Shown here: positions 37,101 through 48,300 of the stretch, in pieces | How positions within the stretch are numbered: position 1 is the stretch's first letter | Layout of the letters: each line of letters starts with the position of its first letter | IMG/VR virus record: IMGVR_UViG_3300031519_000002 | Source: a virus | Length of the DNA stretch: 64,000 nt | Strand: one strand, 5' to 3' | Program-made: the position numbers and the translations under genes | Notes under the pieces: generated by a model | The model's input: the letters and a program-made list of their open reading frames with translations, nothing else | Told to the model about the DNA's origin: nothing | The model's database searches: none

Positions 37101-38993
37101 ATCTTCTGCTAAATCTAGTACAAAAACAAGTGCCGCAACGTTTTGTGTTTCTGCGCCTGTTGCAAACCAGTCTGGAGTTTGGTTATCTTTGAATGTTTGC
37201 GCAACTCTACGTATGTTAACGTTTCCGCCTTTTTTCATATCTAAGATTATTGCGTCAATTACAAAGCCAGCTAGTCTTTGAAACTTTGCTTCAGAAAAAG
37301 CAAATCCAATAAAGAATGGACTTACTTGTGTAACAATTTGTCTCTTTGCCCACTTAGCAGTTTCAAGTGCAATAAACATTCTATTTTCTTCTAGTAATGA
37401 TACTGAACTAGGCTTCTTTGGACCTTTTTCAATTTCTTCACATGCGTAACGAATTGATTTCCAAGGACGGTCTAATGTTCCACCGTTTATTGGATAAGCA
37501 TTATTTGCTCCGTTATTAGCAACATAGTATACATCCGGAGTTGATCCAAAATCTTTCCATTCTGGTAATCCGCCTGCACTAACACTTAATACTTGTCCTT
37601 CAGTTCCAATTGGAAGTCTTGAAGGTCCTGATCCTGATTGGTAAAGTATATCACCTTCTGTAGTTAATGCACTTTCTTCTGCACCACTTGCTAGTGTATT
37701 CCAATAAGTACCATCTGTATCTGCTGATGGCTTGTTGCCACTTGCTGATGTGTGTGCTAGTATACAAACATAACTAATTAATCCTTCACGTACTGCATCA
37801 CCTGCATCGTATAGTGTAGAAGTTCCCCAAGCATTTTTCCATTCAATACCTTGGTTTAGTCTTGCCCAATATGTAGAGTTTGGGGGACGCTGTGCCGCGT
37901 TATCTGCAATAGCAACATATGTATAACCACCTAGTCTTACAACATCGCCAATTCTATAGTCTTGGTTAGATGAGTCATCTCCCCATTCACCTCTTATATT
38001 AAATCCTGATGTAACTAAGTCGTACTTAGCACTACTTGCAGGATTTTCACCATAAACGTTATCATTAGCAACATACTGGTTACCACCATAAGTTACAAAG
38101 TCACCTGGTTGATATCTTTCATAAGGGTTCCAAGAGTTTTCAAATTCCATACCCGGAACAAAGATTTCCCAATTTGCAATATCTGCTTGTAGTGTACCTA
38201 ATTGTGAATTATCATTAGTAACAACTGATGTGTGATGGGCCGTAGCAATATAAAGTGTAGCGCCGAACATTACAACATCGTTTACTTTATAACGTGTTTG
38301 GTTTGTCCATTCACCTTTATAATCAAACCCTTTGTTTAAGTAGTCCCACTTACTTTGATCAGCTTCAAGTCCACTTGCTAAAGCCGCATTAGACGTGTGC
38401 CCAGTATTACAAACATAAAGTGTGCCACCATATTTAATAATATCGTTAATTTTATAACGTGTGCTAATTGCCCAGTTTTGTTTCCAGTCTTGACCTTCGG
38501 AGAATAGGTCCCATTTTAAAATGTCAGCTTCAAGACCAAGAGCATTACTTGCCGCCGCTGTATGACCAGTATTACAAAGGTAAATATTACCGCCGTATTT
38601 GACCAAGTCATTTGCTTTGTAAACAGTAGTAGCTACCCAATTATCTTTCCAGTCAATCGATGTAGCAAACTGATCCCATTTTGATTGATCAGCTTCTAGT
38701 GTTGCTTGCGCTGTGTGGCCGCTATTACAAATATATATAATACCACCATATCTTACAATATCATTGATTTTGTAAAAAGTTGCACCTGACCAATCACTCT
38801 GCCATTTTGTACCGTCACTAAATAAGTTCCAGTGTGCCGCATCTGTGTAGAAATTAGCATCTGCTGTGTGTCCTTTAATACACACATAAGTACGTCCACC
38901 ATATCTGATGACGTCATCTTTTAGATATGCGGCTGTAGTAGTCCACGTATCTTTCCATATAAATCTAATTCTACCTAGCTTAAATTCTGCCAT
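34134..38993 (-). CDS. Large fibre/virion protein with eight N-terminal CBM5/12-like repeats (1619 aa)
   Basis: W-x5-Y-x3-D-x-V-x-Y-G-G-x2-Y-x-C-x3-H repeats; paralog of 39030..44603. Confidence 0.75.
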   Translation of the reverse strand: MAEFKLGRIRFIWKDTWTTTAAYLKDDVIRYGGRTYVCIKGHTADANFYTDAAHWNLFSDGTKWQSDWSGATFYKINDIVRYGGIIYICNSGHTAQATLEADQSKWDQFATSIDWKDNWVATTVYKANDLVKYGGNIYLCNTGHTAAASNALGLEADILKWDLFSEGQDWKQNWAISTRYKINDIIKYGGTLYVCNTGHTSNAALASGLEADQSKWDYLNKGFDYKGEWTNQTRYKVNDVVMFGATLYIATAHHTSVVTNDNSQLGTLQADIANWEIFVPGMEFENSWNPYERYQPGDFVTYGGNQYVANDNVYGENPASSAKYDLVTSGFNIRGEWGDDSSNQDYRIGDVVRLGGYTYVAIADNAAQRPPNSTYWARLNQGIEWKNAWGTSTLYDAGDAVREGLISYVCILAHTSASGNKPSADTDGTYWNTLASGAEESALTTEGDILYQSGSGPSRLPIGTEGQVLSVSAGGLPEWKDFGSTPDVYYVANNGANNAYPINGGTLDRPWKSIRYACEEIEKGPKKPSSVSLLEENRMFIALETAKWAKRQIVTQVSPFFIGFAFSEAKFQRLAGFVIDAIILDMKKGGNVNIRRVAQTFKDNQTPDWFATGAETQNVAALVFVLDLAEDVINSATPPADYQDLDSVASGDRTFQIKDATRAPETDSLTELTAAIAIAKSAISLGAGYTLPKEHIPHKVVFVKTGTYTEVLPIRVPERVAIVGDELRSTRVEPAGSVTAAGDATYSLAGVLHMKSILDDISEGTAITRQTGNTLTQNVTKPHGTSATSTILTDLAQELYDQIDYQINGASGDSSAPAFRGNNGIVDDQDKYATVRKLLLNKDFIARDVTKYITVEYPSYSFSVTACEADVKHYIDAFILDLVHSVQEGSNYFTLMAGLYYGNSVNGSTLENMYLLRDGTGIRNQTLGGLNGTLGSANAYGTKRPTAGAYASLDPGWGPDDDRVWITARSPYVQGVTNFGTGCVGIKVDGSIHNGGNDSIVANDFTQVLSDGIGAWVTNLGRAELVSVFSYYAHIGYLAENGGKVRATNGNCSYGDRGAVSEFIDVTEVPITGGVQNRKLEAQIGRGLTDGSKVINLEYTNAGNNYSSGTYTISGDGYGAVVNAAVVRNGGVFEVRLRNPEDGSSYNASDTNNDGLFNDIDSVGGRGYSSSANTAQAGNATSITISNTETANNTKYVGMRIVITAGTGAGQYGFISAYNSGTKVASIAKESDNSAGWQTWHPDNAVASTLDATTAYSIEPRVQVVEIAGGSGSGAFVRAEVSTGRITQFYIVKPGSGYNLTSPPTLTITDPSETTEVPWQVRVGNGVLDQPTWTARGTDFETASATVDGDGYADIYQSAQYVNAYGLTDQPVEGSNIQFDNDDRFFKIVFVREVVGSAGNYSANLQISPDTGIETAPEHGTNITIRRRFSQCRLTGHDFLDIGTGNLANTNYPGTPTVANDPKDEVTESGGGRVFYTSTDQDGNFRVGGLFNVEQSTGSASLNTSAFSLAGLQELSLGAVGLGQGGAVINEFSTDGTFSANSDNVVPTQRAIITYINSQIGGGSSSLNVNAVTAGKINITGNTISTTDNSPITVTTGMNFNGGVSGSPVAFAYFLTSKS

Positions 38994-39020
38994 TGTTTGC
39001 TCCGTTCTTGATATTATACA

Positions 39021-39028
39021 TATTTATC
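39021..39028 (-). promoter_or_regulatory. Late-promoter-like GATAAATA
   Basis: Intergenic, upstream of the 38993 gene. Confidence 0.65.
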
Positions 39029-39029
39029 A

Positions 39030-42000
39030 TTATCCGTTAAAGTCATCGCGTTCTGTTCTTGCCGCCATAAACATACCTAGTGCTTGTAAACCGCCACCTA
39101 GTGGTCCGTTAATAGTCATTCCTACATTAATATCAGTCATTGCAAGAGCATTATTTGAACCTGCTGTGTTTGACATTACGTTATCTTCTAAGACAACTTG
39201 TCCTGCTGTAAGTTTGTTTGTAAACAGGTTGGATCCACCACCTGTAAATCTATTTTCGATGTAGCTTGTTAAAGCCTTTTGTGTTGGAATAATATTATCT
39301 GAATTAGCAACAAATGTATTATCTGTAGTAAATTCTCTAATAACAGCTTGCGTACCACCAACTCTAATACCACCAAGTCTTAGTTCGTCTAATCCTTCTA
39401 AGTTAAAGAAGTCTGCATTTAGTGTAACACCACCTTGTGCTTGTGAAACTCTAAACAATTCACCAACTCTGTAGTTACCATCTTGGTCACTACTTGTGTA
39501 AAATACTCGTCCGCCATTTGATTCTTGTACTTCGTTAGCTTGTACAGTGTCATTTGCCGATGTCTGTCCGTCAACATATAGATTAGGATAGTTAGTGTCT
39601 GCAAAGTTACCTGTACCAATGTCTAAGAAATCATGACCTGTTAAACGACATTGACTGTAGCGTTCACGTATTGTAACACCTGTGCTGTGTACTGGTGCTG
39701 TTGTTCTACCAAGTACTGGACTAATTTGGAATGTTAATTCAATGTTAGGTGTTACACCTGATTGTGAATTCACTTTAACTAATCTGTAAATTGTAGCGTT
39801 GCCTGCAAATCTTACGTTTGCTCCTGGTCCTGGAACTGTAGTAATACCACTAATTCTCATTGTGTTACCAATTTGTAATTCTTCACCAAAACCGTTACCA
39901 GTAATTAATACAATCGCACTTTGATAACCTGTACCTCTATTATAAAATGTAGGTTGAGGTAATACGCCGTTGTTAATATCAACAGTAAAGTACGGCTCGC
40001 CATATTCTTCTGGATCTTCAACTGATATTGTCGGAGCAGTAATGTATCCACTTCCTGGATTATAAATCTTAAACAAGTTAAGTTTTCCGTTTACTACCTC
40101 AACACGAGCGTATGCTGTAGCTCCACCTGTAATAATATTACCTACTGAACCAGCTGATGACATTCCAACAAATGCTGGTAAATTATTTCTAATTCCGCCT
40201 GCGATTGTTGTTAAGTTTCCAGTAACTTCTCTAATTGTCCAACCATAACCGTTGTCTGAACTTAGTGTAGTTCCTGTATTACTTACTACCATAAACAACC
40301 CTTGAGTGTAACCAATTTTCCAATTTTCTCTACCCGAGTCACCTACTAGTCCTGAGTCTGACCATGCTGTTCCTGTATCACTATATATAATTCTATCTGA
40401 CTGATTCATTGTTGCAACCCAACAGTTACTACCAAACGCTAAGTCACTGTATACTTCTGGTGCTACTGGTGAATTTGCCGCTCCAGTTGTCCAAGTTGCT
40501 CCATTGTCAACGGAAATTACTGTAGTTCCGTTTTGTGCTAATGCAATCCATTTGCCTGCACCGTATGCTAATCCTACCCAAGTAGTATTACTGCCGCCGG
40601 TTGCTCGTGTATTCCAAGTTGAAGGTACAACAGTTGAATCGCCGTCTGTGGTAAGTGTTGCAACATATGCATTTGCATTACCTGTTGCTAGAGCAATAAT
40701 TGTATCACCGTTTGGCCCACCAATTTCAACATGCTTCCAAGTTGTACTAGCTGGCAATGTTGAGTAATCAAAGTTAATACCGTCATTGGTGTAAACTAAT
40801 TTGTCAGTACCGTCAGCAACGCCTACCATAATTGGACCAGTTTTAGCAAAGCCTGTATAGCTTAAACTATATGGAGATTCTAAGTCAGCCCAAACAGCAC
40901 CATCTGATGATGTATACCAGTCATTTGTTCCTGTTGGTGCATAATACCACTTTGCTAGTCCGTCACTGTAACCGAGGTCCTGTGCACCAGTTTGTACACT
41001 ATTGTTAGTCTTTGCAAATGTAGGTGAACTAATAGTTATTCTTGGTTCATATGTATATGTAGTTGTGCCGTCAAGCGCAGTTTCATTTAATTTACCATTA
41101 ACAATATTGTCCCATCCAGGAGTATTTGTAGATTCTTTATAAACTGTTGCAGTAAACGTAGATGGATTATAATTCTGTATCCATCCATATTGTCCTGCTC
41201 CAAGTCCTTCTGTAATGTTAATTCTCATGCCGAGCAACTGTGCTCTTGTTCTAACTTCAGAAGCCGCAAATACAAGAGTTGATAAACCACCACCTTGTCC
41301 AGTGTTACCAAAGGATTTAAATCCTCTACCACCAACGTTAGTACTATCATCAGGTAGTGCTAAATCAATTCTAGATACTGCTCCGTATCTAAATTCATCA
41401 TATCTTGCATCAAAGTCAACACCTGATGCTTGTGTAGTTGATAACGTTGCTTGTGTATATGTTTGTCCTGTGTTTTTATATGCTACTGCAAGAATTTGTG
41501 ATCCAGTAGTAAACACTTCATCTATAGTAGCTTCGCCGCTTTGGTTGTTTACTGTAGCTGTTTGTGCAGTTTCAGTTGAATCAAATCCTTCAGCAACACT
41601 ACCAAACGTGCCGTATGAGTTGTTACCGTTAGTAGCACGTAAAATACCACCGTTTTCTGCTAGGTAACCAATGTGTGCATAATATGTAAACACAGATACT
41701 AGCTCTGAACGTCCTAAGTTTGTTGCCCAATATCCAATACCGTCACTTAGTACTTGTGTAAAGTCGTTAGCAACGATTGATCTATTACCGCCGTTATGTA
41801 GTGCTCCGTCAATTTTCATACCAACACAGTTATCACCAATTGTAGTAACACCTTGTACGTATGTTGATTTACCACCCTGGATTCTCTCCATATTTACGGC
41901 GCCTGCTGTTGCACTTACAAATGTGTGTGCAGATAATTCTGAACTAATACCGACATTCATTGTAATAGTTGTACTAGAAGTACCAGTAATTACAATTTTC

Positions 42001-44603
42001 TTATTGTAATATGGATCTGTTGATCTTGGGTGTAACAGTTGTGTTGCATTACCATCACTAGCACAGGTCCATGCTAAACTATTTGCATCTATACTTACTG
42101 ATTGTCCTGGTGTAATATTGTGAGACCAATTTATTGAGTCGTTAGTAGCACTAACAAACCTGTGTTCGTAAACTCCGTCTGGATTAACTCCAACATTTAC
42201 TACAATGCTTGTAGGCGTAACTGCAATAATTTTACGTTTTTCACCGTATGCAGGATCTGTTATTCTCGGATATGTATGAGTTGTTAAAAAATCATCTTTT
42301 GCACATGTAAATGTTAAACTGTTAGGATCAAAGCTAATTTCTTCTTTTGGCTGTAATCCGTGTACTGTTCCAAATTCTATTGTCATTAACCCGTTTGCTG
42401 GATCATAAGTTGTTCCTGTTGTAGGTGTATATTCTGCAGAAGGAATAGTTAATGTCATTACACCAGATGCCGGAGCGTATGTACCTGCTGTTGGTGTATA
42501 TTGCATTTTATTAGCATCTGCAATCCAAACACTTGTGTCGTCCGGTCCTGTACCAGGATCAAGTGACACAAATGCGCCGCCTGTTGGTCGCTTAGTTCCG
42601 TATGAGTTTGGTCCTACTAGTGCTCCAGTAAGTCCTTTAAGTGTACAATTTCTAAGTCCACTTCCGTTTCTAACATAGAACATATTTGATCTAACGTTAT
42701 CATCCCCAACACTTAGTACTAATTGAGGTTGTACAACACCGTTGATGTAAGTTCTCTCACCTAATACAACATCAGTAGAAACTGCTGGACGAATCGTTGT
42801 TGTTCTTAATTCAGCACCAACAAGTGCAACTTTACTTGGAATACTAATTGGAAGAATTTCAGCAAACTCACCTGACATACATTTTACAGTAGCACCAGCG
42901 CCAACTCTGTGAGCCTGGTCTGCTAACAAGTACGCCATTGTAAATCTAATTGTTCTAAACGGAGCGTTTAATGTACCGCCTTGTGTTGCATCATCAATGC
43001 CATTAGTTGATACATAATAAAGTTTTGCTTGTAGATCAAGTGAGTCCCATGCCGGAACAGTTCCGGTAACTCTTAATGCTTGACCAGTTGAGCCAATTGC
43101 AAGACGTTGTGTGTCTATTGCAGTTGAGTCTTGATCTTCAAATGTTTTTAAGTCACCGCGTCTTGCTAACTTGTTAGTTAGTGTACCAAGGATCATTACT
43201 TTCCAGTAATTTTGATCTGGTTGGTTAATGTCCATATCGGGTCTAGAAGCCGATTCTGTTGATCTATGATATGTTAGTGCAAGATATGAAGTCCCTTGCC
43301 AAGTAACAATATCTCCTGGAAAATATTCAACATTGTCTTCCCAGAAGTTTCTGTATTGACGACCATCTATAATTTGTTCCCAATATGCAGGCCATGCATC
43401 AGGTTGTAAGTTTGTACTATCTTGAATAGCAATATATAAACTTCCTGAATGACGAACCATATCACCTGTTTTGTAATTTATAAATGAACTGTCGCCATCT
43501 TCGGCGTTCCAATCTTGCCTAAATTTATAACCTTCAAAAGTTAAATTCCAATCAGTTGTATATGTACTTGGTGCTAATGCAAAGTTAAATGTAACTGCTT
43601 TATAAATGTATCCGCCGTATAGTACAGTATCGCCTGGTTGATAGTAAACGTTATCAGCCCATACTCCTTCGTATTCACTACCTGGAAGATATGTTGTCCA
43701 GTTATTGGCCGCATAATCAGTATTAAATCCGTTTGCCCCTGTTGATGACGTATGACCTAGTATACACTGCATCAAGTTTCCGCCACGCTTTACGATATCA
43801 TTTTTCTTATATCTGTAAGATGAAACCCACTCTGATGAAATTGTTACAACACCATCTTCGTCTGTTGTTGATATAGCAACATACTCAATGCCGTCAAGTT
43901 GTATAGTCCACTTGGATTGATCTTCTTCTAAACCTAGCGTTGCGTTATCAGCTGAAGTGTGTCCTTGAACACATTGGTAAACAATGCCGCCGTATTTTAC
44001 AATATCGTTTATACGATAACGTACACCAATTGACCAGTTTGCTCTCCAAGTATCACTATCTGATAGTGTTGCCCAATCTCCTTGGTTAGCTTCTAAGCCT
44101 GAAAGTGTTGTTGCGGCAGATACGTGCTGATTAACAGCTTTGTAAACTTTACCATTGTAACGTACTAAATCGTTTGTTCTGTATAGTGTGCTAACTGTCC
44201 AGTTGTACTTCCAGTCCGCTGACGAAACAGCAACTAGTGTCCATTTTCCGATGTCAGCAACTAGTCCGTCTGTGCCTGAAGCAAATGTTGCGGCAGAAGT
44301 ATGAGACTCAGTACATTCGTAAATACTAGCACCGTATTTTACAATATTACCTACTGCGTATATCGTGCTTGTAGCCCAACCATTTTTCCAAACTTTACCT
44401 TCTGACTGTTTTTTCCATTTTGGTAATGCTGGTGTAACATCAGTACCTGCAAGATCATTATAAAATGTAGCGCCAGTGTGTGTTCGTAAAGCAACATATG
44501 TAAAACCTTCGTACTCGATCATATCATCAACAATATAGTCTGAGCCGCCTGTCCATGCGCCTTTCCAATTAAATCTTATTCTGCTTAGTTTAAATTCTGC
44601 CAT
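39030..44603 (-). CDS. Large fibre/virion protein with eight CBM5/12-like repeats and a propeller-like insert (1857 aa)
   Basis: MAEFKLSRIRF start, the same repeats, and S.DG..W (BNR-like) repeats; paralog of 34134..38993. Confidence 0.75.
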   Translation of the reverse strand: MAEFKLSRIRFNWKGAWTGGSDYIVDDMIEYEGFTYVALRTHTGATFYNDLAGTDVTPALPKWKKQSEGKVWKNGWATSTIYAVGNIVKYGASIYECTESHTSAATFASGTDGLVADIGKWTLVAVSSADWKYNWTVSTLYRTNDLVRYNGKVYKAVNQHVSAATTLSGLEANQGDWATLSDSDTWRANWSIGVRYRINDIVKYGGIVYQCVQGHTSADNATLGLEEDQSKWTIQLDGIEYVAISTTDEDGVVTISSEWVSSYRYKKNDIVKRGGNLMQCILGHTSSTGANGFNTDYAANNWTTYLPGSEYEGVWADNVYYQPGDTVLYGGYIYKAVTFNFALAPSTYTTDWNLTFEGYKFRQDWNAEDGDSSFINYKTGDMVRHSGSLYIAIQDSTNLQPDAWPAYWEQIIDGRQYRNFWEDNVEYFPGDIVTWQGTSYLALTYHRSTESASRPDMDINQPDQNYWKVMILGTLTNKLARRGDLKTFEDQDSTAIDTQRLAIGSTGQALRVTGTVPAWDSLDLQAKLYYVSTNGIDDATQGGTLNAPFRTIRFTMAYLLADQAHRVGAGATVKCMSGEFAEILPISIPSKVALVGAELRTTTIRPAVSTDVVLGERTYINGVVQPQLVLSVGDDNVRSNMFYVRNGSGLRNCTLKGLTGALVGPNSYGTKRPTGGAFVSLDPGTGPDDTSVWIADANKMQYTPTAGTYAPASGVMTLTIPSAEYTPTTGTTYDPANGLMTIEFGTVHGLQPKEEISFDPNSLTFTCAKDDFLTTHTYPRITDPAYGEKRKIIAVTPTSIVVNVGVNPDGVYEHRFVSATNDSINWSHNITPGQSVSIDANSLAWTCASDGNATQLLHPRSTDPYYNKKIVITGTSSTTITMNVGISSELSAHTFVSATAGAVNMERIQGGKSTYVQGVTTIGDNCVGMKIDGALHNGGNRSIVANDFTQVLSDGIGYWATNLGRSELVSVFTYYAHIGYLAENGGILRATNGNNSYGTFGSVAEGFDSTETAQTATVNNQSGEATIDEVFTTGSQILAVAYKNTGQTYTQATLSTTQASGVDFDARYDEFRYGAVSRIDLALPDDSTNVGGRGFKSFGNTGQGGGLSTLVFAASEVRTRAQLLGMRINITEGLGAGQYGWIQNYNPSTFTATVYKESTNTPGWDNIVNGKLNETALDGTTTYTYEPRITISSPTFAKTNNSVQTGAQDLGYSDGLAKWYYAPTGTNDWYTSSDGAVWADLESPYSLSYTGFAKTGPIMVGVADGTDKLVYTNDGINFDYSTLPASTTWKHVEIGGPNGDTIIALATGNANAYVATLTTDGDSTVVPSTWNTRATGGSNTTWVGLAYGAGKWIALAQNGTTVISVDNGATWTTGAANSPVAPEVYSDLAFGSNCWVATMNQSDRIIYSDTGTAWSDSGLVGDSGRENWKIGYTQGLFMVVSNTGTTLSSDNGYGWTIREVTGNLTTIAGGIRNNLPAFVGMSSAGSVGNIITGGATAYARVEVVNGKLNLFKIYNPGSGYITAPTISVEDPEEYGEPYFTVDINNGVLPQPTFYNRGTGYQSAIVLITGNGFGEELQIGNTMRISGITTVPGPGANVRFAGNATIYRLVKVNSQSGVTPNIELTFQISPVLGRTTAPVHSTGVTIRERYSQCRLTGHDFLDIGTGNFADTNYPNLYVDGQTSANDTVQANEVQESNGGRVFYTSSDQDGNYRVGELFRVSQAQGGVTLNADFFNLEGLDELRLGGIRVGGTQAVIREFTTDNTFVANSDNIIPTQKALTSYIENRFTGGGSNLFTNKLTAGQVVLEDNVMSNTAGSNNALAMTDINVGMTINGPLGGGLQALGMFMAARTERDDFNG

Positions 44604-44620
44604 TTTCTCAACCTTCTAAG

Positions 44621-44628
44621 TATTTATA
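44621..44628 (-). promoter_or_regulatory. T4-type late promoter TATAAATA
   Basis: Exact consensus overlapping the stop codon of the upstream gene. Confidence 0.7.
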
Positions 44629-44983
44629 CACCCGTTGGGTATGTGTAATCTTCGTTAATTCGTGCTACTAAATTTCCGCTATCGTCAATATAGTAACTAA
44701 TATTTCTGTTATCCCATCTAAATTGTTCATAATTTAAATTCTTATAAAGCCTCTCGTGGTTTACATTTCTTCCTTCAAAGAAATTTTCACCTTGATCAAA
44801 GTCTTCATAGTTATCTGTTGGATCACCTTCTGCGTTAATTGCAATACTATCATGACTTGTAAGTTGATCAACTTTACCTACATACAATTCACCATCGTCT
44901 GTTCTACGCAATCCATAAAAATATCTTGCATCTGTTTGGTCAATCATGTTTTGTATGCTTTGACCTAGAAAGTTATCTGACAT
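44624..44983 (-). CDS. Hypothetical virion-associated protein
   Basis: ORF translationally coupled to its upstream neighbour within the structural operon. Confidence 0.6.
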   Translation of the reverse strand: MSDNFLGQSIQNMIDQTDARYFYGLRRTDDGELYVGKVDQLTSHDSIAINAEGDPTDNYEDFDQGENFFEGRNVNHERLYKNLNYEQFRWDNRNISYYIDDSGNLVARINEDYTYPTGV

Positions 44984-45312
44984 TATACAATCTCCACTAA
45001 GCTAAGAATCACATCAAGTGATTCAGTTGTATCCGACGTAACGTATAATACGTTACCTGCATCAAGAACAATTTTCTCACCCTTGCCAATCGGCTTCATT
45101 GCAGTATTAGGAGGAATAGGCATCCCTTTAATTAGTACACCAATCGAACTTGCTTCGTCACCAACTTCAAGGGTAGCACTTACCATGCCACTTGTTAAAT
45201 TAGCGATATTCATTCCGATAACAGTTGCACTAGTAGCGGCAGGAGTTGTATAAACTGCTACCCGGCTTGTGCCTACTTCTTTTCCTATGATATTTTTAAA
45301 ATTCGTTGCCAT
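44983..45312 (-). CDS. Small virion protein (paralog family)
   Basis: VYTTPAA..ATVIG..IAN...GEKIVL.AG. Confidence 0.65.
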   Translation of the reverse strand: MATNFKNIIGKEVGTSRVAVYTTPAATSATVIGMNIANLTSGMVSATLEVGDEASSIGVLIKGMPIPPNTAMKPIGKGEKIVLDAGNVLYVTSDTTESLDVILSLVEIV

Positions 45313-45321
45313 CTTTTTTCC

Positions 45322-48300
45322 CTATAATAGTAATGCAAGTTTTATTGCAATTTCCTCTGCATCATTAAATGTAACAGCACCTGTAGCACCTGCAACCGAA
45401 ACCCAGTTATTGCCGACATCGTATATTTCTACTCTGTCTTCAACTGTGTTATACCGCATCATTCCAAGTTCTGGACTAGGATGCCTGTTAGCGTTGTTAC
45501 CAACAGGAATAACAAATCCGCCTGTTCCTTCAACTTTAAAGTATCCTGATCCTGCTTGTTTTAAAGTAGTAACAGCACCGTCTATAGTATTAGTTATCAC
45601 ATTTCCGTTAAAACTAAAGTTTTCAATTGTTACAAAACCACTGCCGTTTGCACGTAAAACTAAATCTTCGTTAGTAGTAATTGTTTCTAAAACATTATCG
45701 TGTATAGCAATGTCATCTACTTCAAGTCTTGCTACGTTAAATCGTTCTGTAGTTACATCAGCTACAAGCGAACCACCTGCATAAAATCTTAGTGTATTAT
45801 CGTTGGCGCCCGGTGTTAACTCGGGTGTAATGTATGTATCTCTATCAACATCGTATACTCCGCCTAGCTGGATCCAGCTTCCGTCATATGCTTCAAAAAC
45901 ACTAGTATCAGTGTTATATCTAATCATACCAGTAATTGGTGATCCAGGACGCTGTGCTGTTGTACCCTTAGGAAGTATTAATGCTCCTGTAGCATCGATT
46001 GTTACAGACTCACTACTTGGATCTAATATGATGTCGCCACTTAGGTTAGCAATAATGTTATCACTAAGTTGTAGTTGATCAATAATAACTTGACCAACTC
46101 CGTTTGGTGTAACATTAATATCGCCATTGCTTGCATTTGTAGTAATAGTATCGTTGTCAATAATAATATCATCGACAAATACCTTGCCAACATTTATTTC
46201 TGACCAATTAAGTAATGTTGTTCCTAACTTATATGTATCGTCAACATTTGGAACAATGTCACTGTCAATTCTTGCGTTGATATTAATTGTGTCAGTATCT
46301 TCGTCGCCGAGTGTAATATTTCCGCCAACTGTTACATTGCCAGTTACATCTAAGTTACCAGTAATATTAACGTTGTCTTGTAAATTAATGTTGCCTGTTG
46401 AACTGTTAATATTAATGTCGCCGCTAGTACTACTAATAGTATTTCCGCTAACTCTAATATTTCCAGCTTCAACCTTTGTGCCATCAATAATCGTTGTGTT
46501 TGTACCGTCAGTAAACGTAATACCTTGGTTGTTATTAAATAAGAATTCTGCGTTAGTAAATGTTACTTCGCCTGTTTCTTGATTAACTCTAAATAAATCG
46601 CCTACTCTAAAGTCACCTTTGTGGTCAACTGTACTAAAGTATATATTTGCATCGCTGTTAGCAACAACTTCGTTTGCTTGGATAACTTCAGTTACATCAT
46701 TAGTAACGTCTTTACCTGTGCCAATATAAGCTAAGTTCATCCCAATAGCATACACAATCGAACCACTGCCTGTTCCGTGAATACCGTAATTACCGTAAAC
46801 ACTTGCACTTGCAATACTTCTAATTTCGCCACCAAAGTCTGAGTGATCAATAAATGTTAATGCAGTAGCAGTGCCGCCTCCGCTAAACTCAACGTCTTGA
46901 ATAAATGTATCATTATCAACAAGTACTTGTGATCCACTGTCTTCGTCAAAATCTAATTTTAATACAGTGTATTGATCAACTATTGAAGCACTAGTTGGAT
47001 TAGTAAATGCAGATGCTTGACCTGCTCCTTTTCTAACACGGAAGTCGTCAATACGTCCTGCAAAACCATTTACGCCTGCGTAGTCCGAACCAATAATTAA
47101 TGGCTTAGTTGTTCCTAAATTAGTATTATTTGATGCAGTAGCTTGCTGTACTCCGTCAACAAAGAACTTAATTGTTGTACCAACTCTCGAAATCATAATA
47201 TGATAAAAAGTAGTATTAATAAGTGTAATAGCCGGAGCCATAATTGAAGTAGTACCAATGTTAATTTTTGGAACTCTATCAACTGTGTAAAAATTTAATG
47301 CATTGTCAGTAGCCGAGCCTGCTCTAAAGTCAAACATCATTTCTGTACCAGTGTCATCTGAGATATAAATTACCCCTTCTACACTAAAGTCACCTGTGCC
47401 AAAGCCAAAATCACTTGCAGAAGTTAGTGAAAATCTATCGCCTGTGCCGTCAAATAATCCAATTCCTGTTCCAAACTTTATAGGAGTTCCTGTAGAAACT
47501 TGAGCGTTACCAACTGCTGTAACAGTTTTCTTAGCTCTACTTAATGGCTTAATAAATCCAGTTGCTTTACCATCAATAATTACAGTATTAGTATCAATTG
47601 ATTCAATTGCGGCTGTTGCTAATGTTGCGCCGCCTGCGTCTTTAAGAACAATATTCTGCCCTGCGGCTACTGCTGTTCCAGCAAATCCGCTATATTTAAT
47701 TTTTGTTTTTCCATCGCCTTTAAGTCCACTAGCACCCTCAAGTATTTCAATACCCTTGTCTGCAAAGTATGTAAAGCAATTTAACCATTCTACCCTTGCG
47801 CCATTAGTAACTTTAAGTCCACTAACTCCTGGAGTAATAAATGTTACGCTGTGGAAAAGCATTGCGGCTTCTCTTGAATCTGAATGTGCAACTGCACCAT
47901 CAATGAAACAACCTTTACCTGCGTCACCACTTGCAAATCCTCTTGGATCATCAGTACTAGTTGTTGTACCTTTTGTGATTACACTAACGTTTCTTATGTA
48001 TGGTGATCTTTCATAAATTCTAACGTTGTTAGCAAAACGGAAACCGTGTCCTGTGTTTGCTCCGCTATTATAATAAAAATCTTTAAGTGTAACATCTTCA
48101 ACTGCTGAGTCGCCTTGCATTAAAAATGCATCGTTGCTTTGTGTTCCACTTGTTGGAGAAATCTCAACTGCACGTAAACTGTGCCCTCTTACTGTAACAC
48201 CTTGTGGAACGGTTAATGGAAATGCTTCTTGATATTGTCCTGGATAAATGTAAACTGTATCGTGTAAGCCAGCAAGTTCTAAACCCTTTGCAATAGTCGC

